Shown here piece after piece: positions 1 to 6,068 of a stretch of DNA of 25,191 nt. The stretch comes from an uncultured Candidatus Bathyarchaeia archaeon. GTDB lineage: Archaea > Thermoproteota > Bathyarchaeia > Bathyarchaeales > B24-2. The stretch is from contig CAZHYI010000001.1 of the NCBI GenBank assembly GCA_964536595.1, positions 1 through 25,191 of the forward strand. Direction: 5' to 3'. The notes beneath the pieces are model-generated. The model ran no database searches, was not told the origin of the DNA, and worked only from the letters and a program-made list of their open reading frames with translations. The translations under genes and the position numbers were made by a program. Within the stretch, counting starts at the first letter, position 1; each line of letters begins with the position of its first letter.

Positions 1-1
1 A

Positions 2-1006
2 GCTCAGCTAAGTGAGGGCTTTAGCGTAGCGCCGTTTGAGGGAGTAACGGTTGGTCAGAAGTATGTACCTCTTTCTTCAGTTGGCGTATATGCTCCTGGT
101 GGTAAGAAAGTTTATCCATCAACAGTTTTAATGTGCGCTATTCCAGCTAAATTGGTGGGTGTTAAGGATCTAATACTCTGTTCTCCCCCCTCAAAAAGCG
201 GGAAGGTGAACCCAAGGATTCTCGTTGCAGCTGACCTATCCAGCGTTACTGACGTATTCAGAGTTGGGGGAGCGCAGGCAATAGCTGCTATGGCTTACGG
301 AACCGAATCAATCCCGAAAGTTGAGAAGATAGTTGGTCCGGGTAACATATACGTCACAGCCGCTAAACTGGAGGTGAGTAGGGAGGTAGCTATAGATCTA
401 CCTGCTGGTCCTACAGAGATAGTTATCATTGCGGACGGGAACGCTAATGAGGAGTATGTTGCCTTGGACTTACTCGCTCAAGCGGAGCATGATGAAAATG
501 CATTGGTCATTCTACTTACTAATAGTAAGTCATTGGCTGAAAAAGTTAATAATAGAATCTCAACTCTTCTGAGGAGGGTTGATCGTGAAGAGACTGTATG
601 GAAGAGTCTGAAAAATAACGGTTTTATAGTTCTGGTTAAAGATCTTGAGGAGGCTGTGAAACTTTCGAATCTTATAGCTCCAGAACATGTTGAGGTCTTG
701 ACTGAAAATCCAGATGAAGTGTTTAAAGGTATAAGGAATGCGGGAGCGGTATTTCTAGGCGAGTTCTCACCCGTTGCACTTGGGGATTACACTTCAGGTC
801 TGAACCATGTTCTCCCAACAGGAGGTTACGCAAGAGTATACTCTGGCCTTTCAATTAGAGACTTCATCAAGAGCGTTAACTTTTTGAGATGTACTCCCAT
901 GGGATTTAAAAGGCTAAAGAGGAGCACTGTTAAGTTAGCCCTTATGGAAGATTTACGCTTCCACGCTAAGAGTGTAGATGTTAGGAGTGAAGAAGATGAA
1001 GATTAA
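2..1006 (+). CDS. hisD: Histidinol dehydrogenase, 5'-truncated by the window edge
   Basis: The frame is open from base 2 (AQLSEGFSVAPFEGVTVGQKYVPLSSVGVYAPGGKKVYPSTVLM), so the track's ATG at 131 is internal. Motifs GPGNxYV, PAGPTE, DLLAQAEHD, APEH and NHVLPTGG are present. Confidence 0.97.
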   Translation, partial: AQLSEGFSVAPFEGVTVGQKYVPLSSVGVYAPGGKKVYPSTVLMCAIPAKLVGVKDLILCSPPSKSGKVNPRILVAADLSSVTDVFRVGGAQAIAAMAYGTESIPKVEKIVGPGNIYVTAAKLEVSREVAIDLPAGPTEIVIIADGNANEEYVALDLLAQAEHDENALVILLTNSKSLAEKVNNRISTLLRRVDREETVWKSLKNNGFIVLVKDLEEAVKLSNLIAPEHVEVLTENPDEVFKGIRNAGAVFLGEFSPVALGDYTSGLNHVLPTGGYARVYSGLSIRDFIKSVNFLRCTPMGFKRLKRSTVKLALMEDLRFHAKSVDVRSEEDED

Positions 1007-2072
1007 AGATATAGTTCGTGAGGAGATACTGCACTCTGAAATTTTTGAGATTAAAACAGTCTTTCCTGAGGAATATATCCGACTGAATATGAATGAGAAC
1101 TTCTTCATTGAACGTGACGTGATTCAGAGAATTGTTCAAGATGCATGCAAAGAAGTGGATTTACGGCTGTACCCTCCCAACTTAGGCGCCTTCGCTGTGT
1201 CAGCTCTATCTGAGTTTCTGGGAATCGATGAATCTATGATCTATGTGGGTAATGGATTAGACAACGTTATGGAGGTATTCTTCAGGACGTTTCTGAGACG
1301 AGGGCGAGAAGTGATAACTATTGAGCCCACCTTCACTGTGTACTCCTACTTCACAAGGCTGAGTGGCGGCAAGGTTAGAAGAGTACTCTTAAATCCGGAT
1401 TTCAGCTTGAATCTCGATGAGATATATAAGGCTATGAATAAAGATGTTTCAATAATCGTTGTGTGTTCACCTAATAACCCGACTGGAAATCAATTTCCAG
1501 AGAAGGATATTGAGGAGATACTGAAACTGGATGCTTTAGTGGTTTTGGATGAAGCGTATGTACACTTCGCAGATTACTCGATGATAGATAAATTGAAGGG
1601 TTATGATAATTTGGTCATTATGAGAACTTTCTCTAAAGTTTTCGGTTTAGCTGGCGTCAGATTCGGTTATTTACTCTCCCAGCCCGAAGTAATCGACTTC
1701 ATGAAGAGGGCGACACATCCTTTCCACATGAATTACCTCACCCAGCTAGTTATAGCTAACGCCCTAAAAATGTGGAGTTACTTCGATGAGAGAAGTAAGC
1801 TGCTGATTAAAGAGCGGGAGTGGCTTCAATCCAAACTCTCTAAGCTCGAGGGAATTAAGCCTTACCCCTCAAAAACCAACTTTATACTTATAAGACTTCT
1901 CAAGGATAGCCTCACACCGCAACTAGTCTGTAAGAAGCTTAGAGAGCGGAAGATCTTGATTAGGGACGTATCCGATAGAGCTCTGCTATCAGACTGTATC
2001 CGTGTAACAGTTGGCACCCGTGAACAGAATGAGTCTTTCCTCTCAGCATTTGAGGATGTGCTTAAGAGTTAA
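996..2072 (+). CDS. hisC: Histidinol-phosphate aminotransferase
   Basis: Motifs NEN, CSPNNPTG, LDEAY and the PLP-lysine motif RTFSKVFGLAGVRFGY. ATG 996 is preferred over 978 because GGAGTG lies just upstream; it overlaps the hisD end by 11 nt. Confidence 0.93.
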   Translation: MKIKDIVREEILHSEIFEIKTVFPEEYIRLNMNENFFIERDVIQRIVQDACKEVDLRLYPPNLGAFAVSALSEFLGIDESMIYVGNGLDNVMEVFFRTFLRRGREVITIEPTFTVYSYFTRLSGGKVRRVLLNPDFSLNLDEIYKAMNKDVSIIVVCSPNNPTGNQFPEKDIEEILKLDALVVLDEAYVHFADYSMIDKLKGYDNLVIMRTFSKVFGLAGVRFGYLLSQPEVIDFMKRATHPFHMNYLTQLVIANALKMWSYFDERSKLLIKEREWLQSKLSKLEGIKPYPSKTNFILIRLLKDSLTPQLVCKKLRERKILIRDVSDRALLSDCIRVTVGTREQNESFLSAFEDVLKS

Positions 2073-2093
2073 ATTGTAGAGAGGATATCAAAT

Positions 2094-3251
2094 TTGTACA
2101 TACAGAAGGAACTCAGAGACCGTGCCAGCGAGATCTGTAGGTTAATCTTTGATTTTGACGGTGTTCTCGTACAGACATTCAGTTCATTCAGGAAGAATAT
2201 TGTTAAGGTTGTAAATTACTATTTCAAAGATATTTTAGGATTAGATGAGGAGTGTGAAGCAGTCTCCCTTAGCGACGTAAATAAATTCAAGGACACAGGG
2301 CTTTTCAATAACGATTGGTACTTAACATACGCCCTAACATTATATCTATTAGCGTCTCTCTTCAGAAAACTGAAACTTAAAGGATTAATGGAAGATTTTA
2401 AGTTACACATCTCTACACTCGACTTTACCAATCTTGAGGATTATGTTCTGAAACTCAGAGCTGCTGGGAATAAATTAAGAAGTTATGGAATAAGACTTGA
2501 GGATATAGTTAAGGAGGAGGGCAGCAAGTATAAGATGGAGAACTTCCTCTCTAGATGCTCAAGTGGAGACCCGGAAGCAGTAAGAGTGACTCTGAAAGAC
2601 TTCTTCCCTGAACCAGCCTTAGAAAATGTAGCTCTAGCTGACAAGATGGCTCTTTATAGAAAGGAGGGAAGTGACTTGTTAAGAAGGCTTTTTGAGGAGT
2701 CATATCTCGGAGCTGAATTATTCAGTCTCTTTTATGGTGAAGAACCATACTTTAAGTTTGAAGAGAGCTTCATGGCTAAAGAGAAATTCATCCCAACCAT
2801 GAACACGCTTAAAACGCTATATGATAAAACAGGTAAATTCTCAATCTACTCTGAGAGATCCAGAGCTCAAGCACTATATCATCTTGAGAGAAACAGTGCC
2901 CTCGAGTTCTTTGAGGATGAATGGCTAATCTTCTTCGATGATATAGCTGAATGCGAGAAAACTCTATATGAAAAATGTGGAAGGAAACTCTCGCTGGGAA
3001 AACCTAACCCTACACTATTCATAAAACTTCTCGAAAAATGCAGTTGCGATGGATTAGTCGGGTATATTGGAGATTCAGTGTCCGATCTCCTCACTGTTGT
3101 GAATGCGCGAGGGAAGGGAATAAAAAATATATGTTTCATCGGTGTACTCTCCTCAGCAGAGGATAAGGAGAGTTTACAGATGAGATATGTGGAGTTAGGT
3201 GCTGACATAATAATAAATGATGTTAATGACCTTCCTTCTATTATTGGATGA
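2094..3251 (+). CDS. HAD-superfamily hydrolase with large cap insertion; candidate histidinol-phosphate phosphatase
   Basis: Motif I DFDGV, motif III KPNP, motif IV GDSVSD and an FNNDW segment. Lies between hisC and hisB. TTG start with GAGG upstream. Confidence 0.85.
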   Translation: MYIQKELRDRASEICRLIFDFDGVLVQTFSSFRKNIVKVVNYYFKDILGLDEECEAVSLSDVNKFKDTGLFNNDWYLTYALTLYLLASLFRKLKLKGLMEDFKLHISTLDFTNLEDYVLKLRAAGNKLRSYGIRLEDIVKEEGSKYKMENFLSRCSSGDPEAVRVTLKDFFPEPALENVALADKMALYRKEGSDLLRRLFEESYLGAELFSLFYGEEPYFKFEESFMAKEKFIPTMNTLKTLYDKTGKFSIYSERSRAQALYHLERNSALEFFEDEWLIFFDDIAECEKTLYEKCGRKLSLGKPNPTLFIKLLEKCSCDGLVGYIGDSVSDLLTVVNARGKGIKNICFIGVLSSAEDKESLQMRYVELGADIIINDVNDLPSIIG

Positions 3252-3267
3252 GTGGGCGGATGTAAAG

Positions 3268-3846
3268 ATGAGGACTGCTAAGCTTGAAAGAGAAACTACT
3301 GAGGTTAAAATTAGGGTTAACCTTAACTTGGATGGGGAAGGTAAGTCTAAAGTTAACACTGGAATAAGATTTTTCGATCATATGCTGTCCACTTTGGCTA
3401 AACATTCCTACTGGAATCTAGAAGTGGATGCTACTGGAGACTTAATTCATCACTTAATGGAGGATGTAGCCATAGTGCTAGGTGAAGCTGCAAGGAAAGC
3501 TTTAGGCGAGAAACTTGGAATTAGGAGATTCGGTTTCTCCATAGTGCCCATGGATGACTCCTTAGTCAGAGCAGCCATAGATCTGGGTGGCAGAGCCTAC
3601 GTTCATCTAGAATTAGGGCTTAAAGGATCCGACATTGAGGGAGTTAAAGTTGAAGATATAGAGCATTTCTTCCTCTCTCTAGGTGAGGCATTGAAGGCTA
3701 ATATTCACATATCACTGCTTTACGGAAAAAATGACCATCATAAAGTTGAAGCTGCAATTAAGGCTCTGGCTGTAGCCTTAAGGGAAGCTGTACATATAGA
3801 GGAAAGAATTAAGGGCGAAAAGCCGAGCGTTAAAGGGGTTCTATAA
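3268..3846 (+). CDS. hisB: Imidazoleglycerol-phosphate dehydratase (monofunctional)
   Basis: Motifs RETTE, TGIRFFDHML, HHLMED, PMDD and NDHHKVEA. ATG 3268 (MRTAKLER) fits the family N-terminus better than 3217. Confidence 0.96.
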   Translation: MRTAKLERETTEVKIRVNLNLDGEGKSKVNTGIRFFDHMLSTLAKHSYWNLEVDATGDLIHHLMEDVAIVLGEAARKALGEKLGIRRFGFSIVPMDDSLVRAAIDLGGRAYVHLELGLKGSDIEGVKVEDIEHFFLSLGEALKANIHISLLYGKNDHHKVEAAIKALAVALREAVHIEERIKGEKPSVKGVL

Positions 3847-3853
3847 AGTAGTT

Positions 3854-5767
3854 TTACATTCGTTCAGGAGCCTCTATACCTAAAAGGTTAAGTCCATTCC
3901 TCAACACTATTCTAACAGACTCCACTAGAGCCAACCTGGCATTACGAAGCTCTATGTTTTCAGCATGAAGCACAGGTGTAGAATTATAGAAACTATTGAA
4001 TAGATCCGCTAGGTTCAGGATGTAGTCTGCTATAAGGTTAGGCTTAAGGTTTTCACTCCCCTCTATTACCGCTTCAGGGAATTTGCTTAAAGTCCAAACT
4101 ATTCTCCTCTCAACATTCGATGAGAGCAAGGAGAGATTCGGTTGAGACGGTGACTCATCAGTCTTTCTGAGTATACTAGTGGCTCTGCTATGGGTGTATT
4201 GAATGTAAGGCGCACTGTTCCTCTCGAAATCCAGAACTTTATCCCAAGTGAATGTTACAGGCTTGGCTGGGTCAACACTGACAAGGAAGAACCTGATTGC
4301 ACCAATCCCTACCACTTCAGATATTTTTCTTTTTTCCTCTTCAGGAAGATGGGGAGAACGTTTCGAGACTTCCTTGTAGGCTCTATTAATAGCTTCATCT
4401 ATAACTTCATCTAGAGTGATGTATCTTCCTCTGCGACTGGACATTCTATATCCAGGTAAGCGAACTAAGTTATAGGCGAAATGTATAAGGTTTTGTGCTA
4501 GGTCACCCATCCCCAAAGCATAAAGGGCAAGCTTCATCTGTAACTGAGCAAGTCTCTGCTCCATACCGACAACATTTATAACTTTATCAGCTCTGGATAG
4601 CTTCCAGATGGAGTAGGCTATATCTCTCGTGGTGTAGAGAGTTGTTCCGTCAGCCCGAACTAAGGTGAGGGAGGGAATCTCATAACTCTCCTCCAAACCC
4701 AACTTACCTTTAAGATTAAACTCCTTAGCTGTCTTCTCAGCATCAAATTCCAGTACGCCTTCTCTCCAGAAGACATAAGGCGTCTCCTTCAATTTTTCGA
4801 TCACTTTAGCTACCGATCCATTCCATATGAATTCGCTCTCCCAGTCCCAAGAGTCGATCTCCACCCCTATTCTACTCAGTGTCTCTTTGAAGCCTTCCAG
4901 ACAGCTGTTTGAGATTTCCCTTATTAACTCCTTAACTTCCCTCTCCCCTTCCTCATACTTCCGTATAAGCGCTCTGATCTCTTCCTCAAAATTCTCTTCT
5001 TTAGAAATTAAGTCTTCAATTTTCTTGAATAGATCTGGAAATCGCTTCTTAAGGTCTTCAGCAACGGATAGCCAATCCTCTAATAGCTTCTCCGCTTTCT
5101 TCTCTCCGCTTTTTCTGAGTTTCGAGATCTCAAGAAGACAGCTTGTTATTGCGTATAGGATTCCGATGAAGTGGTCAGGCTTAAGGTTCGATTTTGGCTT
5201 ACCTAACTTGCTATATGCGTAAGCTATTACGGCTGATTGCCTCCCAACATCATCTACATAATAATGCCTCTTCACGTTGTGCCCCCGAGAGGAGAGCAAT
5301 CTAGATAATGAGTCGCCTAAAATAGGATTCCTTGCCTGTCCAATATGGATTGGGTGGATAGGATTAACGCTTGTATGCTCCACAATGATTCTTAAGGTCT
5401 TCTCCTCCTTCACATACCCGTATGTCTCATTAAGCTCTCTCACAGAACGAATGGTCATTGAAGCGAAAGCCGGGTACTGCATCCTAAAGTTTACGTAACC
5501 TCTAATCGGAATTGCGGACTCTATTAGAGGGAAACGTTCAGCGTCTATTGAGTTTGCTATCTTTTCTGCTGTAACATTGGGTTTTTCACCAATAATCTTT
5601 GAAAGCTCGAATGCTATGGATGAACCTAACTCGCCCATCTCTGGGGATGGAGGCTCAACCAACCTAACCACAGCATATTTAGCTTCTGGAAGTAGGGTGT
5701 GTAAAGCCTCCTCTATAGCATTTCTGCATTGGGTTTTAAACTCGTTAAATGGTCTTTCCGAAATCAT
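3854..5767 (-). CDS. argS: Arginyl-tRNA synthetase
   Basis: Motifs EHTSVNP..HIGQARN, DGTTLYTTRD, MSSRRG and SAPYIQY, plus a DALR-type C-terminus. ATG 5767 (MISERPF, GAGGAG upstream) is preferred; an alternative in-frame TTG is at 5803. Confidence 0.96.
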   Translation of the reverse strand: MISERPFNEFKTQCRNAIEEALHTLLPEAKYAVVRLVEPPSPEMGELGSSIAFELSKIIGEKPNVTAEKIANSIDAERFPLIESAIPIRGYVNFRMQYPAFASMTIRSVRELNETYGYVKEEKTLRIIVEHTSVNPIHPIHIGQARNPILGDSLSRLLSSRGHNVKRHYYVDDVGRQSAVIAYAYSKLGKPKSNLKPDHFIGILYAITSCLLEISKLRKSGEKKAEKLLEDWLSVAEDLKKRFPDLFKKIEDLISKEENFEEEIRALIRKYEEGEREVKELIREISNSCLEGFKETLSRIGVEIDSWDWESEFIWNGSVAKVIEKLKETPYVFWREGVLEFDAEKTAKEFNLKGKLGLEESYEIPSLTLVRADGTTLYTTRDIAYSIWKLSRADKVINVVGMEQRLAQLQMKLALYALGMGDLAQNLIHFAYNLVRLPGYRMSSRRGRYITLDEVIDEAINRAYKEVSKRSPHLPEEEKRKISEVVGIGAIRFFLVSVDPAKPVTFTWDKVLDFERNSAPYIQYTHSRATSILRKTDESPSQPNLSLLSSNVERRIVWTLSKFPEAVIEGSENLKPNLIADYILNLADLFNSFYNSTPVLHAENIELRNARLALVESVRIVLRNGLNLLGIEAPERM

Positions 5768-5847
5768 CAGTTCATTAACTCCTCTTTCACGATCTCTCTC
5801 CAACCAATTCTTCTCTTTAACCTCCTTAAAAATGGGGTTTTAGTCAT
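5767..5847 (-). CDS. Putative 26-aa Arg-rich upstream ORF (MTKTPFLRRLKRRIGWREIVKEELMN)
   Basis: Read by hand: ATG at 5847, TGA at 5769-5767 overlapping the argS ATG (TGATG). It has 5 Arg codons, including AGG-AGG and AGA-AGA. An in-frame TAA two codons upstream rules out a 5' extension. Translation is not shown. Confidence 0.45.
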   Translation of the reverse strand: MTKTPFLRRLKRRIGWREIVKEELMN

Positions 5848-5883
5848 TAATTAGATTACCCGTCCCGCAACCTAACATCGCAC

Positions 5884-5890
5884 ATTTAAA
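5884..5890 (-). promoter_or_regulatory. Putative TATA box (TTTAAAT) for the uORF/argS transcript
   Basis: TTTAAAT about 40 nt upstream of the uORF ATG and downstream of the tRNA 3' end. The BRE is weak. Confidence 0.4.
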
Positions 5891-5914
5891 AGTTAAGTAG
5901 ATTCTTCGCTTAAA

Positions 5915-6019
5915 TGGTGGGCCCGCGGGGATTTGAACCCCGGATCTTCGGCTATCTTCCAGGATTAGAAGGCCGACGCGCTTTCTGTAGAGTTCTAATC
6001 CATGCTGCGCCACGGGCCC
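5915..6019 (-). tRNA. tRNA-Arg(UCU) with two introns and encoded CCA
   Basis: Acceptor GGGCCCG/CGGGCCC, then A, then CCA. D-stem GCGC/GCGC, anticodon stem TCGGC/GCCGA with loop CT-TCT-AA, T-arm CGGGG-TTCAAAT-CCCCG. The 12-nt intron at 37/38 (5954-5965) has a CTTC/GAAG central helix. A 15-nt D-loop intron is at 20a/21 (5983-5997). Mature length is 78 nt with the A20 Arg identity element. Confidence 0.95.
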
Positions 6020-6045
6020 GCCTAAAATAGGTATCTTTCCTCTCA

Positions 6046-6053
6046 GATAAATA
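6046..6053 (-). promoter_or_regulatory. Putative TATA box of the tRNA gene (TATTTATC)
   Basis: AT-rich box 27-34 nt upstream of the tRNA 5' end, in the leuS-tRNA gap. Confidence 0.4.
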
Positions 6054-6068
6054 GTTTAACTTTACTCT

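Noticed and set aside
489-540. C/D-box-like pair (ATGATGA...CTGA) with an internal 7-bp hairpin inside hisD
   Set aside because: ATGATGA comes from conserved His-Asp-Glu codons, no D'/C' boxes are evident, and it lies wholly within a CDS.
5767-5847. The uORF as ribosomal protein eL41 (LRRLKRR similarity)
   Set aside because: It lacks the Trp/Lys-rich N-terminal part of eL41 and has an acidic C-terminus; the match is only a short basic patch.
5915-5945. tRNA 3' end as an integration (att) site
   Set aside because: I found no duplicate of the tRNA 3' end, no integrase and no foreign-looking DNA in the window.
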